A stretch of DNA of 64,000 bases from Bacteroidales bacterium (GTDB taxonomy: Bacteria > Bacteroidota > Bacteroidia > Bacteroidales > WCHB1-69): positions 32,283 through 96,282 of the forward strand of contig JAFZZK010000048.1 of the NCBI GenBank assembly GCA_017615795.1, in the 5' to 3' direction. Within the stretch, counting starts at the first letter, position 1. Each line of letters opens with the position of its first letter. A program made the translations under genes and the position numbers. The notes beneath the pieces were generated by a model. The model made no database searches, was not told the origin of the DNA, and was given only the letters and a program-made list of their open reading frames with translations. This document shows positions 19,145 to 29,500 of this stretch, piece by piece.

Positions 19145-19537
19145 TCAATTTTTCCTTTGGCATTTTTTCGGGGTGACGCAGGTGCCGGAAGCGCGGCATA
19201 CCACGATGGGCTCCTCGAGCACGTCGGCGGCGGAGTCGCTGATGTCAGGACGCGGGGCAATGACCTTGCGGGCTTCGAAGACCATTTTGCGGGAACTGTT
19301 GCCGACCTCCACAATCTCGCCCACGGCCTCGATGAAGTCGCCGGCATAAACAGGCGCAAGGAATTCCACATTGTCGTATGCGCGGAACAGGCCTTCGTCA
19401 CCATCCTGCATGATGAGCAGTTCTGTGGCCACGTCGCCGAAAAGGTCGAGCATACGGGCACCGTTGACCAAATTTCCACCATAATGAGCGTCGTGCGTGC
19501 TCATTCTAAGTCTGATCATTGAAGTTTTCTTTTCCAT
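19145..19537 (-). CDS. kal: 3-aminobutyryl-CoA ammonia-lyase-like hotdog-fold protein
   Basis: Start at [41 protein letters not shown] (ATG 19537). About 130 aa, directly upstream of kce as in lysine-fermentation clusters. The ORF-track N-terminus MYFC... reads through the promoter. Confidence 0.65.
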   Translation of the reverse strand: MEKKTSMIRLRMSTHDAHYGGNLVNGARMLDLFGDVATELLIMQDGDEGLFRAYDNVEFLAPVYAGDFIEAVGEIVEVGNSSRKMVFEARKVIAPRPDISDSAADVLEEPIVVCRASGTCVTPKKCQRKN

Positions 19538-19577
19538 ATAAGTCTTTGTTTTTTGTGAGTGAACGCTTTTGAGGCTG

Positions 19578-19585
19578 CAAAAATA
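19578..19585 (-). promoter_or_regulatory. -7 box (TATTTTTG) for kal-kce
   Basis: Reverse complement of caaaaata, about 40 nt upstream of ATG 19537. Confidence 0.5.
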
Positions 19586-19662
19586 CAAAAAAAGGGAATA
19601 GGAAACAGGTTGTGCCGGCGACTAAAAGCCGATGGTTAATGGCTATTTTTTGTATTTTTGCC

Positions 19663-19670
19663 GTCTGGAT
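19663..19670 (+). promoter_or_regulatory. -7 box (TATTTTTG) for the MBL-fold gene
   Basis: tgTATTTTTGcc lies 10 nt upstream of ATG 19680 and is divergent from the kal promoter. Confidence 0.5.
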
Positions 19671-19679
19671 AAAGATAGC

Positions 19680-20441
19680 ATGCAAGTCACCTTATTAGGA
19701 ACCGGAACTTCGCAAGGCGTGCCCGTAGTGGGCTGCCAATGTGCCACTTGCCAGTCGCAGGACCCGCGTGACAAGCGCCTGCGCACGGCAGCGTTCGTGG
19801 AGACGGGGGATGTCCATATCCTCATTGACGCAGGCCCCGACCTGCGCCAGCAGATGCTCCGTAGCCACATAACCCGCGTGGACGCCATCCTGCTCACACA
19901 CGAGCACAAGGACCACCTTGCCGGCCTCGATGACATCCGCCCCATTTATTTCATGATGAAAGAGCCCATGCGCGTGTATGGCCTGCAACGTGTGCTCAAC
20001 GTGGTCCACAAGGATTTCGACTATGCTTTCAAACCCAATCCCTATCCCGGTGTGCCCGCTCTGCAGCTTTTCCCCGTGCGCGACGATCCGTTCACCATCA
20101 AGGGGGTTGAGATACAGCCTATCCATGTGCGTCACCTTACGCTGCCCATCTTGGGCTATCGCATGGGCAAGTTCGCCTATATCACCGACGGCAGCTTCAT
20201 CGCGGAATCGGAACTGAAAAAGCTGGAGGGACTTGACGTGCTGGTTATCAATGCCCTCCGCATCAAAGAACACTATTCCCACTTCAACCTCGAACAAGCC
20301 CTTTCCATCATCCGGAGACTACAGCCCAAACGCGCCTATCTAACCCATATTTCCGACAAGATGGGCCTCTATGCGGATGTCGCCCCCATGTTGCCGGAGA
20401 ATGTGTTTCTCGGCGTCGATGAGATGACCATTACTGTTTGA
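19680..20441 (+). CDS. MBL-fold metallo-hydrolase (PhnP-like)
   Basis: Start at MQVTLLGTGTSQGVP. N-terminal Cys cluster GCQCATC. HxHxDH motif LLTHEHKDHLAG. Confidence 0.8.
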   Translation: MQVTLLGTGTSQGVPVVGCQCATCQSQDPRDKRLRTAAFVETGDVHILIDAGPDLRQQMLRSHITRVDAILLTHEHKDHLAGLDDIRPIYFMMKEPMRVYGLQRVLNVVHKDFDYAFKPNPYPGVPALQLFPVRDDPFTIKGVEIQPIHVRHLTLPILGYRMGKFAYITDGSFIAESELKKLEGLDVLVINALRIKEHYSHFNLEQALSIIRRLQPKRAYLTHISDKMGLYADVAPMLPENVFLGVDEMTITV

Positions 20442-20484
20442 GGTGGAGACACCGTGTCCCCCAATATCCCAACGACCGACTGTA

Positions 20485-20515
20485 TAAAGAAAAGGGCCGA
20501 CGAATGCGTCGGCCC
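20485..20515 (-). terminator. Intrinsic terminator of the giant C10-protease gene
   Basis: On the minus strand, GGGCCGACG-cauu-CGUCGGCCC (9-bp GC stem, 20494-20515) is followed by UUUUCUUUAU. Confidence 0.7.
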
Positions 20516-20524
20516 TGTGGTTGT

Positions 20525-23500
20525 TTAGTTGTCTAATCGTATAATCCGTTTTGTAACGGTGCCCTTGTCTGTTGCGATGCGCAGGAAATAGGTACCTGCG
20601 GCATGGCCCGAAAGGTTGAGCGCGACCTTGCTGTCGTTCGCATTGACAGTGAGCAGCAGCTTGCCGTACGCGTCATACACCTCAATACGTTGAACTTTGG
20701 GCGCAGAACTCTGAACTTGCAAGGTCCCCGTGGTGGGGTTCGGGTAGACAATGATTTGATCATTCAAGACATACTCCTCAATGCCGACATTGACCTGCAG
20801 GTGCAGTGTCACGATACTGTCGCAGCCATACTGGTCTGAGAACAACTGGAGGTAATTACCGTTCTCGCAGTACTCGGTGCCGTTCCATGTATAGCAGCTG
20901 TCGGCCACGGTGACGGAGAACTCGGTGTTCTGCGGGTGATGGATGGTCAGATGCAGGGTGTCGACCTGCGTGCATCCGTGTACATCAGTATGTTGGTAGG
21001 TATAGGTGCCGCTCTCGTTGTAGGTTGTTCCGTTCCAGGTGAAATATTGGCATTCGTCAATGGTGACCGAGGTGTTCTGCGGTTGGTATATGGTTAGGTG
21101 CAGGGTGTCGACCTGCGTGCATCCATGTGCATCGGTGTGCGAGAACAAGTAGTCGCCACTGGTGCTGTATGTCTGTCCGTTCCATGTGAAGCTGCCGCAC
21201 TCGGTGACGGTGATGGCAGTGTGTTGCGGTTGGTACACTGTGAGATGTAATGTCACGGTGCTGTCGCATCCGTAGATGGTCTGGAACTGCTGGGTGTAGT
21301 TTCCGCTCTGGGTGTAGGTTTGTCCGTTCCATATGTAAGATTCACAGGATGTTATGGTGAAATCTTGCGTCGTGGATTGCTGGATGGTCAGGTGTAACGT
21401 GTCCGTCTGCATGCATCCGTTGCTGTTGTAGTAGCTGTAGGTATAGTTGCCGGTGGAGAAATAGGGCACATCGTGCCAAGTGTAGGAGTTGCATGCGATG
21501 ATGGTGTAGGCTTGGTTCTGTGTGTTGTAGAGTGTCAAGTGCAGAGTGTCAACCTGTATGCATCCGTGGAGGTCTGTGTGCGGGTAGGTGTATGTGCCAC
21601 TGGAAATGTACGTGTTTCCGTTCCAGGTGTATGAGCTTCCGCACTCTGTGGCGGAAAAGGCCATGTGTTGCGGATAGTACACGGTGAGTTGTAGTGTCAC
21701 TGTGCTGTCGCAGCCGTGGGAGGTCTGGAAGGATTGCGTGTAGGTTCCGCTTTGGGTGTAGGTCTGCCCGTTCCACGTGTAAGATTCGCAGGCGGTCGCG
21801 CTGAATTCGGTCGTGGCGGAATTGTGGATGGTCAGGTGCAACGTGACGGTGCTGTCGCAGCCGTGGGAGGTCTGGAAGGATTGCGTGTAGTATCCGGTCT
21901 GGGTGTAGGTCTGCGTGTTCCACGTGTAACTGTCGCAGGCGGTCGCGTTGAATTCGCCTGTAACGGAATTGTGGATGGTCAGGTGCAGGGTGACGGTGCT
22001 GTCGCAGCCGTGGGAGGTCTGGAAGAACTGTGTGTAGTCGCCGCTGGCGGAGAACGTGATACCGTTCCAGGTGTAGCTGTCGCAGGCAGTTGCATTGAAT
22101 TCGTTCGTGACGGAATTGTAGATGGTCAGGTGCAGCGTGACGATACTGTCGCAGCCGGTCGGTGTCTGGAGTGTCTGCGTGTAGTTCCCGCTGGACGTGT
22201 AGGTCTGTCCGTTCCATGTGTAGCTGTCGCATGTGGCTGCATTGAATTCGTGCGATACGGCGTGGTGGATGGTAAGGTGCAGGGTGTCGACCTGGGTGCA
22301 GCCGTTGGCGTCAAAGTGCGGATGTGTGTAGGTGCCGCTTTGGACGTACTGCATGCCGTTCCAGTTGTAGAAGAGGCATGCATCCGCGGTGACGGCGGTG
22401 TGTTGCGGATGACGGACGGTGAGGTGCAATATCACGGTGCTGTCGCAACCTTGCGCGGACTGGAAGGTTTTGGTATAGGTGCCGTTGCCAGTGTAGGTCT
22501 GTCCGCCCCAGGTGTAGTTTCCGCAAGAAGTCTCGTAAATCTCATTAACGACGGCGTGGTTGATTGTCAAGTGCAAGGTGTCGACTTGGGTGCAACCATG
22601 CTGGTCGGTGTGTGAGTGCATGTAAGTGCCGCTTTGTAGGTATAGACTGCCGTTCCAGCTGTAGAACTCGCAGGCCGAGATTCGTGTCGAGGCGTGTTGC
22701 GGATGGAAGACGGTCAGGTGCAGGGTGACGATGCTGTCGCAGCCCAGCGGTGTCTGGAGATTCTGGGTGTAGTTGCCGCTGGACGTGTACGTGATACCGT
22801 TCCACGTGTAGCTGTCGCAGGCAGTTGCGCTGAATTCGTGGGCTACAGCGGTGTTGATGGTGAGGTGGAGTGTTACCGTGCTGTCGCAGCCGCCCGCAGT
22901 CACGAGGGTCTGCACATATTCACCACTCTGGTAGTAGGTCTGTCCATTCCAAGTGTAGGAGTTGCATGCGGTATGATTGAACTCGTTGGTCTTGGAATGG
23001 TTGATGGTCAGGTGTAACGTCACCGTGCTGTCGCAGCCGGCAGAGGACTGGAAGGTCTGGCTGTAATTGCCGCTGGCGGAGAACGTGATGCCGTTCCAGG
23101 TGAAGTTGTCGCAGGCAGTTTCGTAGATGTGGTTGGTCTGGGCATTGTTGACGGTCAGATGCAGGGTGACGGTGCTGTCGCAGCCGTGGGCAGTGAAGAA
23201 GCGTTGTATGAAGTCGCCGCTGCGATTGTAGGTCTGCCCGTTCCAGGTGTAAGGGCCGCAAGAGGATACGGTTAGATCGGTGGACTGGTCGCCGAATATG
23301 GTGAGATGGAGGGTGTCGACCTGCGTGCAGCCATTCTGGTCGTTGTGCGAGTGCAGGTGGGTGCCGGTCTGGGTGTAAGTCTGCCCGTTCCAGGTGTAGC
23401 TGTGGCAGTTGCTGGCAGTATAGGAGAGATGCCGCGCCTTACGGATGGTGAGATGGAGGGTCACTGTGCTGTCGCAACCATGGATGGTCTGGAAATATTT

Positions 23501-26500
23501 CACATAGTTTCCACTTTCGTAGTAGGTGGATTCGTTCCAGGTGTAGCTGTCGCAGTTTGTGGCACTCCATTCCGTGGAGACGGAGTGGTGGATCGTGAGG
23601 TGGAGCGTGACAGTGCTGTCGCATCCGGCGGCGGTACGGAAGTGCTGTATGTAGTTGCCGCTGTTGTAGTAAGTGTTGTTGTTCCAAGTGAAGAGGTCGC
23701 AGGCTGTGGCAGACCATTGCGTGGAAGTCGGATGGTTGATGGTGAGATGCAGGGTGTCAACCCTCATGCAGCCGTATGCTTCCTCGCGGGCGAAAGTGTA
23801 AGTCCCGCTCTCATAATAGGTCGTGTTGTTCCAGGAATACAGGTCGCAGGCACTGACGGTGGTGGATTGATGCTGCGGGGTTATGATGGTGAGATGAAGG
23901 ATGACGGTGCTGTCGCAGCCGTTGACGGTCTGGAAGTATTGTGTGTAGTCGCCGCTTTCGGTGTAGATGGAGTCATTCCAGGTGTAGCTGTTACAGCCGA
24001 ATTGCGTGAGATTTGTGGTAGCAGGTTGGAAGATCGTAAGGTGGAGAGTGTCAATCTGGGTGCAACCATTGGCATCGGGATGAGAGAAAGTGTAGTTGCC
24101 GGAACGGTTGTAGGTCTGACCGTTCCATGTATAGGATCCGCAGGCGCTGGCAGCGAAGGCGGTGTGCTGCGGACGGAAAATGGTGAGATGCAGTGTGTCG
24201 ACCTGCCAGCAGCCGTGGTCGTCGCGGTGGGTGTAGGTGTACGTGCCGCTCTGTGTGCGGCGCATGCCATTCCAGTAGTAACTGTTACAGGCTGAGATGG
24301 TGGTTGACTGGTGCTGCGGGTGGTTGATGGTCACATGGAGGGTGTCGACCTGTGTGCATCCGTGTGCGTCGGGATGGCTGTAGGTGTAATCGCCGCTCTC
24401 GGTGTAGGTTTGCCCATTCCAGGCCCAGGTATAGCTGTCACAATTGATGGCGGTGAAGGAGGTGTGGCGCGGTTGGAAGATGGTAAGTTGTAGGGTTACG
24501 ATGCTGTCGCAACCGTGAATGGTCTGGAAATGCTGCACATATTCGCCGCTGCGGGTGTAGGTGACGCCGTTCCACGTATAGCTTTCGCAGTTGGAGGCAC
24601 TGAACTGACTTGTCGTTGAACGGAATATGGTGAGGTGCAAGGTGTCGACTTGGGTGCAACCGTTGATGTCAGCATGGGCAAACGTGTAAGTGCCGCTTTG
24701 GGTGTAGGTGGTGCCGTTCCATGTGTAGTTGTCGCACTGACTCACGGAGATGGCTTCGTGTTGGGGGGAGAAGATGGTGAGATGCAGGGTGTCGACTTGG
24801 GTGCATCCGTGCTCGTCGGGATGACTGAACGTGTAGACGCCGCTTTGGGTGTAGGTGGTGCCGTTCCAGACGTAGGAAAGACACTCGCTGTCTGTGAAGG
24901 CCTCATGCTGCGGATGGAAGACGGTCAGCTTGAGGGTGTCGACCTGGTTGCAGCCGTTGGCGTCGGGGTGTGCATAAGTGTACACGCCACTTTGGGTGTA
25001 GGTGGTGCCGTGCCAGGTGTAACTGTCACAAACGGCATCTTCCGTTATGGTGGGCATGGGGTGGTTTACGGTTAAATGCAGGGTGACAATACTGTCGCAT
25101 CCGGTGGCAGCTGCGCCAATCATGACAAACGTGGGCGCATTAGTGCTCTGGGTGTAGGTGGTGCCGTGCCAGGTGAAGCTCTCGCATGCCACGGCGGTTT
25201 CAATGCCTTGTGCGGGGATGCAGTTGCCTACAACGACGGTGATGGAGGCTGTTTGACTGCTGCAGCCGTTGGCGCTTCCGGTTACATAGTAGGTCGTGGT
25301 ACTTGCCGGTGACACGGTGATGGATGCTGTATGCGATCCCGTGGACCATACATAGTTGTCGGCACCGGAAGCTGTGAGGGTCGTGCTCTCGTAAAGCGGG
25401 ATGGTTGTGTTGCCCGTGACGGACACTGTCGGAATAGGACGAATGGTCAAGTGGAGGGTGTCGACTTGGGTGCATCCGTTGGCGTCCACATGGGCGTACG
25501 TGTAGGTGCCGCTTTGGGTATAAGTGGTGCCGTTCCACGTGAACGAACCGCATTCGCTGGTTGTGATGGCGGCATGTTGCGGATGGAAGACGGTCAGGTG
25601 GAGGGTGTCGACCTGCGTGCAGCCGTAAGCGTCAGCATGGGCGTAGGTATAAATGCCGCTTTGGGTGTAGGTCTGGCCGTGCCAGGTGTATGCATTACAT
25701 TCGCTGGCAGATACGGCAGTGTGATGCGGATGGCGGATGGTGAGATGCAGGATGACGGTGCTGTCACAACCGGCATTTGTCTGGAAATGCTGGGTGTAGT
25801 CGCCGCTTTGGGTGTAGGTCTGTCCGTTCCAGATGTGCCTGTCGCAGTCGGTCAGGGTGAGGTGCCGGGTGACGGGGTTGTCCACTGTCAAGTGCAAGGT
25901 GACGGTGCTGTCGCATCCGTTGGCAGCGGCACCAGGGTAGGTGTAGGTGGCGGTGTAGTTGCTGCTGGGGTAGTTGACACCGTGCCATAAGTATGGTCCG
26001 CAGGAATGAACGGTTTCAATGCCGAAGACGGGCGTGCAGGCGTGCGTGGAGACGTAGACTTGGACGGGTTGGCTGACACAATTGCCGTTGTAGCCCGTGA
26101 CGGTGTAGGTGGTTGAAGCGGTGGGCGTGACGGTGATGCTGCTGGTGTGCGCACCGGTGGACCAGACGTAGCTCTGTGCGCCGGAGGCGGTGAGCGTGGT
26201 GCTTTGACCTTCCAATACGCTGGTGTTACCCGAGATGGTTACGTTCGGGATTGGCGTGATGGTCAGGTGCAGCGTGTCGACTTGCGTGCAGCCGTGTGCG
26301 TCAGTATGGGAGTGTTTGTAGGTCCCGCTTTGCGTGTAGGTGGTGCCGTTCCAAGTGTATTGGCCGCACTCGCTCACAGTATAGGCTTGATGTTGAGGAT
26401 TGTAGATGGTCAGATGCAGCGTGTCGACCTGTGTGCAACCGTTGACATCGGTGTGTTGGTATAAGAAGTTGCCGCTTTGCAGGTAGATGGTGCCGTTCCA

Positions 26501-29500
26501 AATGTAGGATTCGCACGCATTGACAGTGTAAGCCTTATGCTGCGGCTTGTAAATGGTGAGGTGCAAGGTTACAATGCTGTCGCAACCGTTGGCAGCACCG
26601 TGGGGAATGGTGTAGGTTGCGGAATTGGTGCTTTGCGTGTATGAGATACCATGCCAGGTGTAATTGTTGCAGGCTGTGATGGTCTCAACGCTTTGCGATG
26701 GAATGCAACTGCCTACCGTGACGGTTACGCTGGCCTGCTGGCTGGCGCAACTACCGTTGTAGCCCGTGACGGTGTAGGTGTTTGTTGCGGTGGGTGTGAC
26801 GGTGATGCTGCCAGAGTGTGCGCCGGTGGACCAGACATAGCTCTGCGCGCCGGAGGCGGTGAGCGTGGTGCTTTGGCCTTCAAGGATGCTGGTGTTGCCC
26901 GAGATGGTTACAACCGGAATTGGAATGATGGTCAGGTGCAGGGTGTCGACCTGTGTGCAGCCGTGCGCGTCAGGATGGGAATACTGGTAGGTTCCGCTTT
27001 GCGTGTAGGTGGTGCCGTTCCAGGTGTATTGGCCGCACTCGCTGACAGTATAGGCTTGGTGCTGTGGAGTGTAGATGGTCAGGTGCAGGGTGTCGACCTG
27101 TGTGCAACCGTGCGCGTCAGAATGGGAGTACCTGTATGTTCCGCTTTGGGTGTAGGTGGTGCCATTCCAAGTGTAGGATTTGCACGCGTTGGCAGTAAAT
27201 GCTTGATGCTGTGGATGGAATATTGTCAGATGCAAGGTCACGATGCTGTCGCAGCCGTTGGCGGCACCATGGGAGATGGTGTAGGTCGCAGAGTTGGTGC
27301 TTTGCGTGTAGGTGACACCATGCCACGTGTAGCTGTCGCAGGCTGTGGCTGTCTCTATACTCTGTGCGGGAATGCAGTTGGTCACCGTGACGGTGATGGT
27401 GGCAGGCTCGGTGCTGCAACCGTTCGCCATTGTGCCTATGACAGTGTATGTGGTTGTGGTGGATGGACTGACCGTGATAGACGAGGTGTTCTCATTGTTT
27501 GGATACCAATGATACGAGTTGGCACCACTTGCACATAGCGTGGTGCTGGTTCCTGAATAGATGGTCGTGTTGCCGCTGACGGTAAGCTCGTGTACACCGC
27601 AGTTTGTCGTAAAGGTTTTTTCAGCACCATACTGGGTGCCGGCAGCGGTAGTGGCGTAGGCTCTTACATAATAGGTCATGTTCTCGGCAAGCCCCGTAAG
27701 GTTGCTGGTGAAGGTGCCCGTGCCGGTTCCATTGGTGGTGTGACTGCCGCTGATGGTGGGGTTGTGCGATGAGCTCCAGCAAATGCCTCTGGCCGTGACC
27801 GGCGAGCAGGCGTCGGACGTGACTGTGCCGCCGCAGGTGGCTGTCGAGGTGGTGACGTTTGTGACATTGGCCGTCGTGACGGTTGCAAGAGAAACTGGTG
27901 TGACGGTGACTGTGACCGTGGCGTTGCCCGTGCAACCATGACTGTTGGTGCCCGTGACTGTATAAGGGGTGTTGGCAGTCGGATTGACGGTGATGCTGCT
28001 GCCCGAAGCCCCGGTGCTCCAGGTGTAGCTGTTGGCGCCGGAAGCGGTGAGCGTGGTGCTGGCGCCGCTGCAGATGCTGGTGTTGCCGCTGATGGTGACT
28101 GTGACGGCGCTACAGCCCGTCTTGAAGCTCTTTTCGGCACCATATTGGGTGCCGGCTGCGGTGGTGGCGTAGGCTCTTACATAATAGGTGGTGTTTTCGG
28201 TAAGTCCTGAGAGATTACTGGTGAAGGTGCCCGTGCCGGTTCCATTGGTGGTGTGGCTGCTGGTGATGGTGGGGTTGTGGGATGTGCTCCAGCAGACACC
28301 TCTGGCCGTGACGGGCGAGCAGGCGTCGGACGTTACCGTGCCGCCGCAAGTGGCTGTTGAGGTGGTGACGTTTGTGACATTGGCCGTCGTGACGGTGGCA
28401 AGGGAGGCCGGCGTGACAGTGACCGTGACCGTGGCGTTGCCCGTGCAGCCATGACTGTTGGTACCCGTGACTGTGTAGGGGGTACTGCTGGTCGGATTGA
28501 CGGTGATGCTGCTGCCCGAAGCCCCTGTGCTCCAAGTGTAGCTGTTGGCACCGGATGCGCTGAGCGTAGTGTTAGCACCGCTGCAGATACTGGTATTGCC
28601 ACTGATGGTGACTGTGACGGCGCTACAGCCCGTCTTGAAGCTCTTCTCCGCGCCATATTGGGTGCCCGCGGCAGTGGTGGCGTAGGCTCTTACATAATAG
28701 GTGGTGTTTTCGGTAAGTCCTGAGAGATTACTGGTGAAGGTGCCCGTGCCGGTTCCATTGGTGGTGTGGCTGCCGGTGACAGTGGGATTGTGCGATGTGC
28801 TCCAGCATACACCTCTGGCCGTGACTGGCGAGCATGCATCGGACGTGACCGTGCCGCCGCAAGTGGCCGCTGAGGTGGTGACGTTTGTGACATTGGCCGT
28901 CGTGACGGTGGCAAGCGAGGCTGGCGTGACGGTGACCGTGACCGTGGCGTTGCCCGTGCATCCATGGCTGTCGGTGCCCGTGACTGTATAGGGAGTGCTG
29001 CTGGTCGGATTGACGGTGATGCTGTTGCCCGAGGCTCCGGTGCTCCAAGTGTAGCTGTTGGCGCCGGAAGCGGTGAGCGTAGTGTTAGCACCGCTGCAGA
29101 TACTGTTGTTGCCACTGATGGTGACTGTGGGAGCAGAATGGATGGTGAGGCGCAAAGTGTCCACCTGGTGGCAATGGAGACTGTTCATGAAAGCATAGGT
29201 GTAAGTGCCGCTGGCATTGTAAGAGGTGCCGTGCCAAGTATAGGTGCCTCCGCATTGATTTCGTGTGGTGACCGTGCCGGGTGTCGTGCAGCCGCCTGTT
29301 ACGGAAACACTTCCGTTGACACTGGATTGGCAACCGTCACTCCATACCGCCCATACGGTGTAGTTGTAGTCGCCGTTGATACCGACATTGTCTGTATAAC
29401 TGGTCGAAGCGGTGTTGTTGACAAGTACGCTTCCGTTTCGGTCGATTTGGTAGTGGTCGAAAGTGGGGTTGATGTCTTCGACAGATGCTTTGATAGCAAA

